From: Minisyncoccia bacterium
GTDB taxonomy: Bacteria; Patescibacteriota; Minisyncoccia; Phycocordibacterales; PALSA-1337
Length of the DNA: 64,000 bases
NCBI GenBank assembly: GCA_049997795.1
Contig: JBEKVT010000001.1
Coordinates: 312,241 to 376,240, forward strand
Direction of reading: 5' to 3'
In this document: one piece after another, positions 1-10,127 of the stretch
How the letters are laid out: every line of letters starts with the position of its first letter
How positions within the stretch are numbered: position 1 is the first letter of the stretch
The notes under the pieces: generated by a model
Told to the model about the DNA's origin: nothing
Databases searched by the model: none
Seen by the model: only the letters and a program-made list of their open reading frames with translations
Made by a program: the position numbers and the translations under genes

Positions 1-1108
1 CTGAGCCAAGACCCTCAAGGCGCTATCGTATCGCGAGCTCAAGGCATCGCCTATTACGTCCACCGGATTGTCGAATGCCGCCATTATAGGCAGGGCCTTT
101 CTCAAGGCCTCTTTTGTCTTTTCGGCCAGTTCGATAAGCGAAAGGGAACGCGACAGATCAATCAGATCAGCGGCGATGACCGCCGGCCCGCCGGCATTTG
201 TAAGCACGATCAGCCGTTGGATTGGCCTTTTCAAGCCGAGCTGGAAGAGCTTGGCCATGTTGAAGAATTCACGCACCGATTCCACGGCGATAATACCCGC
301 CTGGCGGCAAGCAGCCGAGAAGACGGCGTCTTCCGGGGCCAAGGAACCGGTATGCGACATGACCGCCCTTAAGCCGCGAGGGCTGCGGCCGGCCTTTAGG
401 AGGACGATCGGCTTTTCCTCGGCGATCTTCTTGGCCAGCTCCATGAATCCAGGGCCGTCCGACAGCTTCTCGAGATACATTAGGATAGCCCGCGTTTCCG
501 GGTCATTTCCGAGATATTCTAGGAATTCTATCTCCGTGAGGTCGGCCTCGTTGCCGAGGCTCACGAATTTCGAGAAGCCGACGCCTTCGGAGATCGCTTG
601 GTCCAGGACGGCCGCGCCGAGAGCGCCCGATTGAGAGATGAAACCGATATCGCCCTTCAAGGGCTTGTCGGAGGCGAATGAAGCATTAAAATCCGCATGA
701 GAATCGATGGCGCCAAGGCAGTTCGGGCCAAGGAGGGAGATGCTGTGGCGTTTGGCGGCCTCCGCGACCTTATTCTCCAGTTCGGCTCCTATCAGGCCGA
801 TCTCCTTGAATCCGGCGGCTATCACGATGGCCGCGGGGATCTTCTTCGCGCCGCAGTCTTCGAGTATCGAGGGCACGACATCCGCCCGCACGGAGATGAC
901 GGCCAGGTCGATCGGCCCGGCGATGTCCTTGACCGAAGCGTAAGCCTTCAGGCCCAAGACCTCTTTCTCGGAGATGGTCACCGGATAGATGTCGCGCTTG
1001 GCGCCTTTCAGGAGATTGGATATCAGGGCGTAGCCGACCTTATTCTTGTCGTTCGAAGCGCCGATCACGGCGACGGACTTCGGATCGAAGAAATTTTGAA
1101 GGGTCATT
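1..1108 (-). CDS. ADP-forming acetyl-CoA synthetase / CoA-binding domain protein (N-terminal part; gene runs off window start)
   Basis: Reverse-strand translation from ATG at 1108-1106 reads MTLQNFFDPKSVAVIGASNDKNKVGYALISNL..., the typical NDP-forming acyl-CoA synthetase alpha/CoA-binding N-terminus. The frame stays open to position 1. It is absent from the ORF track because no stop lies inside the window. Same strand and adjacent to korAB. Confidence 0.6.
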
Positions 1109-1883
1109 TTAATAGCTGTTCCTCGAACGTCGGTTTCTCTACGCTGTAGAAGACGCCGAGAGGTATCTTCTCGCCTTCTTTCCTGGAAAGCTTGATCGCT
1201 TCGTCCGGATTCGTCGCAGGGCCGCCCTCGCGCCAGAAGACGCGTTCCTTGAAATAGTCGCGGGTGTCGAAGAAAGTGATGCACGGCTGGACGATCTCGG
1301 TGAAAGAGAAGCCCTTATGCGCCACGGCCGTCTCGATGATCTTCTTCGTTCCGGCGATGTCGCCGGCGTAGGTGCGGGCAGCGAAGGTGGCGCCGGCCGA
1401 AAGGAGCAGGGAGAACGGATCGAAAGGCTCCTCGATGCTGCCCCCGGGCGTCGATCTCCCTTTGAAGCCCTTGGGGCTGACCGCCGAAGCCTGGCCGGTG
1501 GTGAGAGCGAACACTTGGTTGTCGTGGATGAAGATCTTGATGTCGGAATTCCGTCTGGCGGCGTGGATCAGATGCTCCAGCCCTTCCGAATACGAATCGG
1601 CATCGCCGCTCATGCCGATGACCGTAAGCGCAGGGTTGGCGCACTTCACGCCGGTCATGGCGGGCACCAGGCGGCCGTGCAGGGCCGTGAAGCTGTTCAC
1701 GTTCAGGTAGTCGGAGATCTTGCCGTGGCAGCCGATGCCGGCGCAAGCCACGATATTCTCCAGTTTGATCTTGCCAGTGCCGACCATTTCCTCGATAGCT
1801 TGTCTGAATGCGACTAAGATAGCCGAGTTCGGGCAGCCGGGGCACCAAGTGATCTTTGCGGTTGTCGATAGGTTGAGAGGCAT
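1104..1883 (-). CDS. korB: 2-oxoacid:ferredoxin oxidoreductase beta subunit (TPP-binding)
   Basis: 259 aa; CPGCGH/CPGCPN TPP-binding motif near the N-terminus; immediately follows the alpha subunit with a 1-nt overlap. Confidence 0.8.
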   Translation of the reverse strand: MPLNLSTTAKITWCPGCPNSAILVAFRQAIEEMVGTGKIKLENIVACAGIGCHGKISDYLNVNSFTALHGRLVPAMTGVKCANPALTVIGMSGDADSYSEGLEHLIHAARRNSDIKIFIHDNQVFALTTGQASAVSPKGFKGRSTPGGSIEEPFDPFSLLLSAGATFAARTYAGDIAGTKKIIETAVAHKGFSFTEIVQPCITFFDTRDYFKERVFWREGGPATNPDEAIKLSRKEGEKIPLGVFYSVEKPTFEEQLLK

Positions 1884-3589
1884 TATAGTTTATCGTTAAT
1901 TTCTTCCGCCAAGGCGATCGGCTCGAACGGCCGAGAATCGTATTTCAGAATTTTGTCTGTGACGGCGATGCCGGTCTTTTCGCGGATCAAGGCCGCCAGC
2001 TGGCCGTTATGGTTGCATTCCACGTCGATCACTTTCTTCGCGCCGGACAATTCTTCGGCGACTCTCTTGGCGTCAAATGGTTCCAGCCAGACGATCTGCA
2101 CGAATTTGACGGGCTTCTTCAGATAGCGCGCGGCTTCCAGGACCGGTCCTTTGGTCGAACCCCAGAAGACGACTACATTTCCGCTTGAATGATCGCCGTG
2201 GACCTTCACAGTCTCGTGATGGTTCAACGACTTGTTCAACGTCTCTGACTTGGCGAAGCGCTTGCTCAACATGGCCTTGGTCGGCCCTGGCTCGTCGACG
2301 GTTATGCCCGCCTCGTCATGCTCGTAGCTTGTCACCTTGACGACCGTGTTCGGCGTACCGGGGAAAGCCATGGGCGAGATGCCGTCTTTGGTGATCTCGT
2401 AACGGCCATACTTCTCGCCGGCTTTCGCGCTGATGAGGCCCCGCTCTATCTTGATCCCTTCCGTCTTGATGAGGCTGGTGGCCGAATGTTCGGAGATGAC
2501 CTTGTCTAGGAGGACGATCACGGGGATCTGATATCTCCAGGCTAGATTCAAGGCTTCTACGCCGGCGCGAAAGGCCTCTTCGGAGTCGCCCGGGGCCATG
2601 ACTATCCTCGGGAATTCGCCGTGACCCGCGTGGATGACGAATCTCATATCCGTCTGGCTCGAATATGTGGGAAGGCCGGTGGCTGGCGCCTGCCTTTGGG
2701 AGACCGCGACGACCAGCGGCAATTCGGCCATGCCGGCGCAACTGAAAGCTTCTTGCATCAGGGCAAATCCGCCGCTTGCCGTGCCTATGGCCACGCGCTT
2801 GCCGGCGTACGACATGCCGAGGGCCATGTTGATGACCGAGAGCTCGCTTTCCGGCTGGATCACCCGCAAGCCGGTTTCTTTCTGTCTGTCGGCAAAGAAA
2901 GTCAGGATAGAAGTGGCCGGCGTCATCGGATAAGCCACGTAAAAATCCAGGCCGGCGGCCATAAGGCCCTTGGCAAAAGCGGTGTTGCCGTCTATAAGCT
3001 GCTTTTTTTCCGGGGCTGGATGGATCTTCTTGGTATGCCGGAAACCCGTCCCTTTCATGCGTTGATAGCCGATGTCAGCCAACTTGATGTTGAGTTCCGG
3101 ATTCTTATCCTTGAAGACGCGGCCTAAGAGGCTCTGCATCGAATCGAAAGGCAGATCCAGGAGGTAGCAGACGGCGCCCAGAGCCATCGAGTTGCGGGTG
3201 ATGGCCGGCGCGTTCATTTCCTTGACCGTGGCGGCTATGGGCATGGTCACGGCATTGCCTTTAAGGACTTCAATGTCTTGCGGTTCGAAACTGTCGGCAA
3301 AAACGACCGAATCGTGCGCCAGCTCATGCCGATGGAGCGTTATAGTCTCCTCATTCAGGGCGATAAGGACGTCCAGAGCCTCATGGTCGCACCACATCTT
3401 CTCCTTGCTGAACGACAGCCGGGCGAAATTATGCCCGCCGCGGATCAAGGACGGGTAGTCGAAAGACAGGAAGACCTCATAGCCGAGGTCGGCCAGGATC
3501 GTGCCCATCGTCGCGCCCGATTCGCGGATGCCGTCGCCGGCCGCTCCGCCGATGCCGATGGTGAAGACACTTTCGTGGGACTTTCTCAC
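1883..3589 (-). CDS. korA: 2-oxoacid:ferredoxin oxidoreductase alpha subunit (gamma-alpha fusion)
   Basis: 568 aa; N-terminal IGGAAGDGI gamma-domain signature followed by an alpha domain (YPMTPATSI...); GTG start at 3589. Confidence 0.8.
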   Translation of the reverse strand: MRKSHESVFTIGIGGAAGDGIRESGATMGTILADLGYEVFLSFDYPSLIRGGHNFARLSFSKEKMWCDHEALDVLIALNEETITLHRHELAHDSVVFADSFEPQDIEVLKGNAVTMPIAATVKEMNAPAITRNSMALGAVCYLLDLPFDSMQSLLGRVFKDKNPELNIKLADIGYQRMKGTGFRHTKKIHPAPEKKQLIDGNTAFAKGLMAAGLDFYVAYPMTPATSILTFFADRQKETGLRVIQPESELSVINMALGMSYAGKRVAIGTASGGFALMQEAFSCAGMAELPLVVAVSQRQAPATGLPTYSSQTDMRFVIHAGHGEFPRIVMAPGDSEEAFRAGVEALNLAWRYQIPVIVLLDKVISEHSATSLIKTEGIKIERGLISAKAGEKYGRYEITKDGISPMAFPGTPNTVVKVTSYEHDEAGITVDEPGPTKAMLSKRFAKSETLNKSLNHHETVKVHGDHSSGNVVVFWGSTKGPVLEAARYLKKPVKFVQIVWLEPFDAKRVAEELSGAKKVIDVECNHNGQLAALIREKTGIAVTDKILKYDSRPFEPIALAEEINDKL

Positions 3590-3594
3590 GGCGA

Positions 3595-3604
3595 AATTAT
3601 ATCA
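3595..3604 (-). promoter_or_regulatory. extended -10 box (TGATATAAT) about 8 nt upstream of the korA GTG; leaderless-type promoter
   Basis: Minus-strand reading gives TGATATAAT immediately before the korA start. Divergent from the hydrogenase promoter in a 39-bp intergenic gap. Confidence 0.4.
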
Positions 3605-3610
3605 CGATAA

Positions 3611-3619
3611 TGGTATAAT
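3611..3619 (+). promoter_or_regulatory. extended -10 box (TGGTATAAT) 10 nt upstream of the hydrogenase small-subunit ATG
   Basis: TGnTATAAT match; ATG at 3629 leaves no room for an SD, suggesting a leaderless or near-leaderless mRNA. Confidence 0.4.
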
Positions 3620-3628
3620 CACTTCCAC

Positions 3629-4111
3629 ATGGCATCGTCCCCGAAGATAAAGATCGGCTGGTTCTCGTTCTCATGCTGCGAGGACAACACCATCGTCATG
3701 ACCGAGGTCATGAATGACCATTGGCAGGAGTGGAAGGAGCTCTTCGACTTCCGCCATGCCCGGGTCTTGAAGACGGATAACGTCATGGACGATTTCGACA
3801 TCGCCTTCATAGAGGGCGCCTTGGCATCGCCGGAGCATGTCGCCAAAATCAAGGATATACGCGGCCGCTCGAAGAAGCTGGTGGCTGTCGGGTCCTGCGC
3901 TGTGATTGGCTTGCCTGCCGGCCAGCGCAACACATTCACGCTGGAGCAGAAAGCCAGCATCGATTATCTGGTCGCGCGTTTCGGCGCCCTGCCGGAAGTC
4001 AAAAAAGTCTCGGACGTCGTCAAGGTGGACGTCGAGATCCCCGGTTGTCCGATGGACCCGAAGGTCTTTCTGGAGAAAGTGAACGGATTAGTCGCGGAAC
4101 TAAGGAGTTAG
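3629..4111 (+). CDS. NiFe hydrogenase small subunit (group 3-like, NuoB/HydD-type Fe-S subunit)
   Basis: 160 aa; Cys ligand pattern (FSCCEDN ... GSCAVIG ... GCPM) typical of short group-3 small subunits; directly upstream of the large subunit. Confidence 0.7.
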   Translation: MASSPKIKIGWFSFSCCEDNTIVMTEVMNDHWQEWKELFDFRHARVLKTDNVMDDFDIAFIEGALASPEHVAKIKDIRGRSKKLVAVGSCAVIGLPAGQRNTFTLEQKASIDYLVARFGALPEVKKVSDVVKVDVEIPGCPMDPKVFLEKVNGLVAELRS

Positions 4112-4142
4112 TTGCCATCGATCGATAATCATTGACACCACC

Positions 4143-5438
4143 ATGCACCGCATAGATCTGAGACTGGACCACATAACGAAAGTCGAAGGCGACGCCTCGA
4201 TGGACGTCGTCGTGGAGGACGGCAAGGTCACCGACGTCAGGTTCGCCATCGTTGAGTACAAGCGCTTCTTCACCACCGCCATGAAGGGAAAATCGATCGC
4301 CGCCATCCCTCAGCATCTGGCCCGGATCTGCGGCACGTGCTCGAACGCCCATGTCATGGCCGCGATCACCGCTTGCGAGGACGCCCTCGGCATAGAACCC
4401 ACGCCGCAAACTAAGCTCCTCCGCAGGCTCGTCATGCACAGCCTGATGATACGCGACCACGCCCTGCATCTCTATCTCTTCGTCATGCCGGATCTCTTCG
4501 GCAAAGACGCCTTCCTGGACTTCGACGAGAATAATCCGGAGCAGCACCAGCTTCTCCATGACGGCTTCGATATCAAATCGGCCGGCAATCATCTGGCAGA
4601 GCTCGTGGCCGGCCGGAGCGTCCACGCCAACTTCCCGGTCATAGGCGGATTCTTGAAATTCCCATCTGCCGAAGGCGCGGCCGAATCGGTCCAGGAATTG
4701 AAAGCCGCCAGGCCGGCCGTCTTGCGCTTGATAGAAATCTTCAGAAAGGCGCCGTTCCACTTCGACAGAAAGACGAAATACATGGCCCTTGTCCAGAACG
4801 ACACATTCGGATATCTGGGCGACAAGATCGTGACCAGCCGTGGAGAAACTTACGAACGCAAGGATTTCCGCTCGCATCTCGAGCATGTGGCTCTGCCGTA
4901 TTCGCAGGCTTCGGCTTACACCTACAAAGGCGAAAGCTATATGGTCGGCGCTTTAGCGAGATTGAATCTTGCCAAGGATAAATTACATCCTGGTACGAAA
5001 AAATCAGCCGCCGAGACACTGAAGCTATTTCCATCCACGGACATTTTCCATAACAATCTGGCGCAAGCCATCGAGATCCTCCACTCCATAGACGAATCGA
5101 TCGACATCCTCTCTAAGAACTCATTCAAGCCGGAACCTGTAGTAAAAGTCCCGATGCGCGCGGGGACCGGTGTCGGCGTCATCGAAGCGCCGCGCGGCAC
5201 GCTCTATCATAAGGTCGTCATCGACAAAGACGGCATCGTAGAGAATGGGGAAGTCATCGTGCCGACCGGCCAGAATCAGGTCAACATCGAGCGCGACGTC
5301 GGCACTTTAGTCGAAGAGCTTTTGCCAGATGCCCCGAAGGAGAAGATCAATTTCGAGATAGAGAAGCTCATCCGCGCCTACGACCCCTGCATGAGCTGCG
5401 GGGCGCACTTCCTCAAGGTCAAGTGGCAAGAAAGGTGA
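4143..5438 (+). CDS. NiFe hydrogenase large (catalytic) subunit
   Basis: 431 aa; N-terminal L1 motif RICGTCSNAH and C-terminal L2 motif DPCMSCGAH, the two Ni-Fe ligating CxxC pairs. Confidence 0.85.
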   Translation: MHRIDLRLDHITKVEGDASMDVVVEDGKVTDVRFAIVEYKRFFTTAMKGKSIAAIPQHLARICGTCSNAHVMAAITACEDALGIEPTPQTKLLRRLVMHSLMIRDHALHLYLFVMPDLFGKDAFLDFDENNPEQHQLLHDGFDIKSAGNHLAELVAGRSVHANFPVIGGFLKFPSAEGAAESVQELKAARPAVLRLIEIFRKAPFHFDRKTKYMALVQNDTFGYLGDKIVTSRGETYERKDFRSHLEHVALPYSQASAYTYKGESYMVGALARLNLAKDKLHPGTKKSAAETLKLFPSTDIFHNNLAQAIEILHSIDESIDILSKNSFKPEPVVKVPMRAGTGVGVIEAPRGTLYHKVVIDKDGIVENGEVIVPTGQNQVNIERDVGTLVEELLPDAPKEKINFEIEKLIRAYDPCMSCGAHFLKVKWQER

Positions 5439-5508
5439 TTGCAAATCAGCGGACTTCGGCTATACTGCCGGAAACGTTCGTTGAACAATTTTTCGAAAGG
5501 AGTGTCCG

Positions 5509-5970
5509 ATGAATCATGAAAACCTGACCGGTCCGCAGCTGTTCCTGCGGTTCGCTTGGCCGTGTGCTAGCTACAGACTGATGATGGGGAAGATCACACA
5601 AGCGCAATATGATGAGCTGGAAAAGCTGGTCAAATCCGAGACCGAGCCGGATATCGCATTGCTGATGGCTTGTTTTCCGAACGCCGTGGCTGATCTGCGC
5701 GAGTACGCCATCAATGAACGCCGGCTCCATGATCTGTGGTCTCTGACTACCGTTCTCGGATATTGGCGAGTCCATAAAGGCATGGAGGCGGGATGCGAGA
5801 CGGTCAAATGCACGGTCTCCAGATGTCCGCAGAACGGTCTCGATGTGACGGCGAGCTCCGGCGGTGAGAGCTTCAGGGCCTTGAACCCATACAAGCTGCG
5901 GTTATATCAAGACGACAAGGTGCTGGTGCATCAGCGCTGCGTCATCATAAAAGACATGTCGCCGGTGTGA
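5509..5970 (+). CDS. hypothetical small protein with a C-x4-C-x4-C cluster (CETVKCTVSRC), inside the hydrogenase cluster
   Basis: 153-aa ORF between the hydrogenase large subunit and the maturation protease. No family recognised. Cys spacing suggests metal binding. Confidence 0.35.
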   Translation: MNHENLTGPQLFLRFAWPCASYRLMMGKITQAQYDELEKLVKSETEPDIALLMACFPNAVADLREYAINERRLHDLWSLTTVLGYWRVHKGMEAGCETVKCTVSRCPQNGLDVTASSGGESFRALNPYKLRLYQDDKVLVHQRCVIIKDMSPV

Positions 5971-5991
5971 CCGAGCTTTCGGCCGATGTCG

Positions 5992-6381
5992 TTATGAGCG
6001 ATCCGCGAGGATCGCTTTTTTTATCGCTTCTATCGCCGACCGTTCGCTGAGATCCGGTGGTATGCCGATGACCGTCACTCTTTTGATCTTCTCGAGCTTC
6101 TGCAGGTACCGTAAGTTCGCCAAGGCGTCGAAATCATGCAAGGAAAAGCGCGGCGCGGCGGTAAATGATCCTAAATCGTCGAAAACGACGGCCTCCTTCG
6201 GACCGATCACGGTATCGATAACGGTCAATTCCTCCGGCGAGTCCCATTCTTCGTTCGGGTCTTTTGCCTCGAATGCGACGCCGGGAAGCGCCCGGCGAAG
6301 CTCCGGGAGGATCTTCAAGGGCAGCGAATCCTTGTCCAACACCTCGTTCCCGAAGACGAAGACTCTTTTCGTTTCCTTCAT
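5992..6381 (-). CDS. hydrogenase maturation endopeptidase (HycI/HybD-like)
   Basis: 129 aa; VFVFGNEVLDKD... N-terminus, HDFDALANLRYL and VIGIPPD segments align with the HycI family pattern (VGN...D, His, IGIQP). Confidence 0.55.
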   Translation of the reverse strand: MKETKRVFVFGNEVLDKDSLPLKILPELRRALPGVAFEAKDPNEEWDSPEELTVIDTVIGPKEAVVFDDLGSFTAAPRFSLHDFDALANLRYLQKLEKIKRVTVIGIPPDLSERSAIEAIKKAILADRS

Positions 6382-8777
6382 TTTTCCAACCTCTTCTCCT
6401 CCTCCGCCACGGCGATGGTCGTCTTGATGACGGTGTCCGGATTCAGGGACATGCTCTCGATGCCGGCTTCGACCAGGAAACGGGCGAATTCGGGGTGGTC
6501 GGACGGCGCCTGGCCGCAGATGCCGATGTATTTCGATTTGGCGCGGCAGATGCCGATGATCTCCTTGACCATCTTCATGACCGCCGGATTCAATTCGTTC
6601 CCCACATGGCTCACTATGCCTGAGTCGCGGTCGAGACCGAGGACGAGCTGTGTCAGGTCGTTCGAGCCGATGGACATGCCGTCGAAGACGGACAGGAATT
6701 CATCGGCCAGCAGGACGTTCGACGGGATCTCGCACATGACGTAGGTGGTGCAGTCGAGGCCGCAGGACTTCATGATGTCGCGGGTCTTCCGGCCTTCCTC
6801 CGGCGTGCGGCAGAAGGGGACCATCGGGATGACGTTCCCGAGGCCCATCTCGTCCCTGACCTTCTTCATGGCCCGGCACTCGAGCTTGAAAGCTTCGGCG
6901 AACTTCGGGTCGTAATAGCGGGAAGCGCCGCGCCAGCCTATCATCGGGTTCTCTTCTTCCGGCTCATAGGCCTCGCCGCCCAGGAGCGTCCGGTATTCGT
7001 TGGTCTTGAAGTCGGAGAAGCGCACGATGACGGGATTCGGGTGGAAGGCCGCGCCGATCTTCGCTATGCCATAGGCCAGGTTATCCACGTAGAATTGCGC
7101 GCGGTCGGTCCAGCCGGCCGTCTTCTTGTCGATCTTCTTCTTGATGGACGCTGCGAGCTTGCCGTAATCCAGAAGAGCCATGGGATGGATGCCGATCGAG
7201 CCGGCGATGATGAATTCCTCGCGGGCCAGGCCGACGCCGGAATTCGGCAGGAAAGACTTCTCCCAGGCCATGTCCGGCGTAGCGATATTGACCATGATAT
7301 GGGTCTTCGGCTTCGGGATGGTCGTGACGTCGTGCTCTATGACCTCGAATCCGAGCTTGCCGTCATAGACCATGCCTTCGGCGCCGCTCGTGTCCACGGT
7401 CACGATCTGTCCGGTCTTCAATTTCTTGGTGGCATTCTCGCAGCCGACAACGGCCGGGATGCCGAGCTCGCGGCTGACGATCGCGGCATGAGAAGTGCGG
7501 CCGCCTTTGTCCGTCACGATGGCCGAGGCGATCTTCATGATCGGCTCCCAGTCAGGATCGGTCATGTCGGTGACCAGGACTTCGCCGGCCTTGAATTCGT
7601 GCATATTCTTGGCGTCCAGGATGACCCGGGCGGTGCCGACGGCGATCTTCGAGCCGACGGAGGCGCCTTTGGTGAGGAGCTCGCCCTTCCCTTTGAGCTG
7701 GTATTCCTTGAGCTTGTTGTAATCGCGTCCGGCATGGATGGTCTCCGGCCTGGCCTGGACGATGTAGAGTTCGCCGGAGACGCCGTCCTTGGCCCATTCC
7801 ATGTCCATAGGCGTCCACTTGCCGCCGTTCTTCTCGGTGTAATGTTCCTCGATGATGAGGCCCCATTTGGCCAAGGCACGAGCTTCGTCATCGGAAAGGA
7901 TGAACGAGTCTCTCTCTTTAGCCGTGGCAGGGATGATCTTGGTGGCCTTGAGGCCGGTAGAGACGCCATAGATCATCTTGCGGTTCTTGACGCCTAGCTT
8001 CTTCGACAGAAGCGAGCTCGGGGCGGTGTTCAAGGTCTTCTTGAAGACGATGAATTCGTCCGGCGTGACCTCGCCCTGGACGATCATCTCGCCTAAGCCC
8101 CAGGAGCCGTTGATGACCACGATATCTTTGAAGCCCGATTCGGTGTCGAGGGTGAACATCACGCCGGAGCAGCCCTTGTCCGAACGGACCATCTTCTCCA
8201 CGCCGACCGACAGGGCCACGGCGAGATGGTCGAAGCCCTTGTCATGGCGGTATGAGATGGCGCGGTCGTTGAAGAGGGAAGCCATGGCCCATTTGACGGC
8301 CAGGACGACGTGCTCTTTGCCGCGCACGCCGAGATAGGTCTCGTGCTCGCCGGCGAAGCTGGCCCCCGGCAAGTCTTCGGCCGTGGCGCTCGAACGGCAA
8401 GCCACGTCGCATTTGGCGCCGTATTTTTTCTCCATATTCTCATAGCCAGCAAAGATCTCTTTTTGCAGATCAGCCGGCATCTCGGCTTTTTCGATAGCTT
8501 TCCTGACGATCTCGCCGCGCTTGGCCAAATCGTCGAGATCCTTGGTATTCAAACCCTCGAGCGTTTTTGCGATGAATTTATCCAAGCCGGTCTGCTTCAG
8601 AAAGTGGCGATAGGCGGTAGCGGTCACGATGAAGCCGGAAGGCACGCGGACTCCCTTGGGCGTGAGAGCGGCGATCATCTCGCCGAGCGACGCATTCTTG
8701 CCGCCGACTTCGCCGACGTCCTTGATGCCGACTTCTTCCATCTTCACGGTCAATCTCTTGGCTTGGTCAGTGCTCAT
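6378..8777 (-). CDS. ppsA: phosphoenolpyruvate synthase (pyruvate, water dikinase)
   Basis: 799 aa; ATP-grasp N-domain, phosphohistidine region GGRTSHAAIVSRELGIPAVVG, C-terminal PEP-utilising TIM barrel. Confidence 0.9.
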   Translation of the reverse strand: MSTDQAKRLTVKMEEVGIKDVGEVGGKNASLGEMIAALTPKGVRVPSGFIVTATAYRHFLKQTGLDKFIAKTLEGLNTKDLDDLAKRGEIVRKAIEKAEMPADLQKEIFAGYENMEKKYGAKCDVACRSSATAEDLPGASFAGEHETYLGVRGKEHVVLAVKWAMASLFNDRAISYRHDKGFDHLAVALSVGVEKMVRSDKGCSGVMFTLDTESGFKDIVVINGSWGLGEMIVQGEVTPDEFIVFKKTLNTAPSSLLSKKLGVKNRKMIYGVSTGLKATKIIPATAKERDSFILSDDEARALAKWGLIIEEHYTEKNGGKWTPMDMEWAKDGVSGELYIVQARPETIHAGRDYNKLKEYQLKGKGELLTKGASVGSKIAVGTARVILDAKNMHEFKAGEVLVTDMTDPDWEPIMKIASAIVTDKGGRTSHAAIVSRELGIPAVVGCENATKKLKTGQIVTVDTSGAEGMVYDGKLGFEVIEHDVTTIPKPKTHIMVNIATPDMAWEKSFLPNSGVGLAREEFIIAGSIGIHPMALLDYGKLAASIKKKIDKKTAGWTDRAQFYVDNLAYGIAKIGAAFHPNPVIVRFSDFKTNEYRTLLGGEAYEPEEENPMIGWRGASRYYDPKFAEAFKLECRAMKKVRDEMGLGNVIPMVPFCRTPEEGRKTRDIMKSCGLDCTTYVMCEIPSNVLLADEFLSVFDGMSIGSNDLTQLVLGLDRDSGIVSHVGNELNPAVMKMVKEIIGICRAKSKYIGICGQAPSDHPEFARFLVEAGIESMSLNPDTVIKTTIAVAEEEKRLEK

Positions 8778-8813
8778 TATGTTTTGTTTTTAATGCGAGT
8801 AATCGATTAAGGT

Positions 8814-10127
8814 CTATCCGGCGACGGCGATCATGAAGTCGGAGACGTTGGAACCAGTGTCGCCCGTCTCTATGAGGCCGCCGACGGCCTCGAAGAAAGC
8901 CGATGAATCGTTGTTCGCCAAGAATCTTTCCCGGTCGATGCCGTTTGCGGAAGCGGCATTCACGAGGGCCTTATCTGCGAGCGCTCCGGCATGCGGGCCG
9001 TTGTCTCGGCCATCGGAAGAGATCGACAGGACCACGCGCCCGGCACGGATCTCAGGAAGAGCTCCCATGGCTAACTCTTGATTCCTGCCGCCCCTCCCCG
9101 AGCCCTTCACGGTCACGGTCGTCTCGCCGCAATAGAGGAAGACGGTCTTTGATGCCGCCTCACTGATCTCCTCGGCAATGCCGGCGCCGACTTCACGGGC
9201 CTCACCCGTGATATGATCGTTCCTAACCTCCGTTTTGAAGTCGAGCGTCTCGGCGGTCCGTCTCATCTCTTCTAGAGCGGTCTCATTTGAAAGAGCCAGG
9301 ATATTATACACCCGTTCGAAAAGCCCGTCGTCTTTCGGCGTCTCTGTGAGGCATTCTGCCGGGAGCTCGAGGCCGTATTTCTTCATGACAGCCTCGGCGT
9401 CTTTCACGGTCGTAGTGTCTTTCACCGTCGGTCCCGAGGAGATGAATTCCAATTCGTTCCCCGGCACGTCGGAGAATATGATCGAAACGATTTGCGCCGG
9501 ATGAGCCGCGGCCGAGAGGAAGCCTCCTCGGGCGAGCGACATGTGCTTCCTCACGGTATTGATCTCCTGGATAGTGGCGCCGGCCTTGAAGAGGGCCGAG
9601 AGCATCTCTTTCTCCTTCACGACCGAATCCTTCATCTTTTCTGGAGCGCATGGCGGTTGGACCAGCAAAGTGGAGCCGCCGCCGGAGATAAGGAACAAAA
9701 CGGTATCATCGGCCGAAAGGCCGGACAACGAGTCCAGAATGGCGCGCGTACCGGCCAAGTTTGCCTCCGAAGGCATCGGGTGTGTGCCGGCGTAGTACTT
9801 TATCTTTCTAAGCAGCGGCTTGGTACCGTCTGATGCCTTATAATCTCCGACGCCTAAGGCCACGCCCGAAGCCAGCCGATTGCCGAGAGCCTTCTCGAAA
9901 GCGATGGCGCCGTCGGCCGCGCATTTGCCGACAAGGACGGCGGCGAGCTTGCCGTCCGGCGATAATTTGAAAGTCTGGCCGAAGACGAAAAGGGAATAGC
10001 CGTCGATCCGCAAGGACTTCTCCAAGACGGCTGCCGTGTCGATGGCCTTAAGCCCCGCCTCCGCTATCTCCAAGGCGGCGCGCCGCTCGGGCGTCGTAGC
10101 AAGCTCGGCCATATTCTTGATCTTCAT
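8814..10127 (-). CDS. glycerate kinase, MOFRL family (glycerate 2-kinase/hydroxypyruvate reductase-type)
   Basis: MOFRL-type sequence throughout. The longest ORF (to 10208) would end 13 nt from the tRNA and cover its putative promoter, so the internal start MKIKNMAEL at 10127 is preferred. Confidence 0.6.
   Translation of the reverse strand: MKIKNMAELATTPERRAALEIAEAGLKAIDTAAVLEKSLRIDGYSLFVFGQTFKLSPDGKLAAVLVGKCAADGAIAFEKALGNRLASGVALGVGDYKASDGTKPLLRKIKYYAGTHPMPSEANLAGTRAILDSLSGLSADDTVLFLISGGGSTLLVQPPCAPEKMKDSVVKEKEMLSALFKAGATIQEINTVRKHMSLARGGFLSAAAHPAQIVSIIFSDVPGNELEFISSGPTVKDTTTVKDAEAVMKKYGLELPAECLTETPKDDGLFERVYNILALSNETALEEMRRTAETLDFKTEVRNDHITGEAREVGAGIAEEISEAASKTVFLYCGETTVTVKGSGRGGRNQELAMGALPEIRAGRVVLSISSDGRDNGPHAGALADKALVNAASANGIDRERFLANNDSSAFFEAVGGLIETGDTGSNVSDFMIAVAG

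Noticed and set aside
68-1149. Plus-strand ORFs 68-634, 697-1149 and 707-943
   Set aside because: They lie antisense to the partial acetyl-CoA synthetase gene, whose reverse-strand translation gives a clean CoA-binding N-terminus. They are high-GC open-frame artefacts.
6415-8452. Multiple ORFs antisense to ppsA (e.g. 7041-7997, 7562-7969)
   Set aside because: They are embedded in a well-supported 799-aa PEP synthase gene. Their products are Arg/Pro/Gly-rich, as expected for GC-rich non-coding frames.
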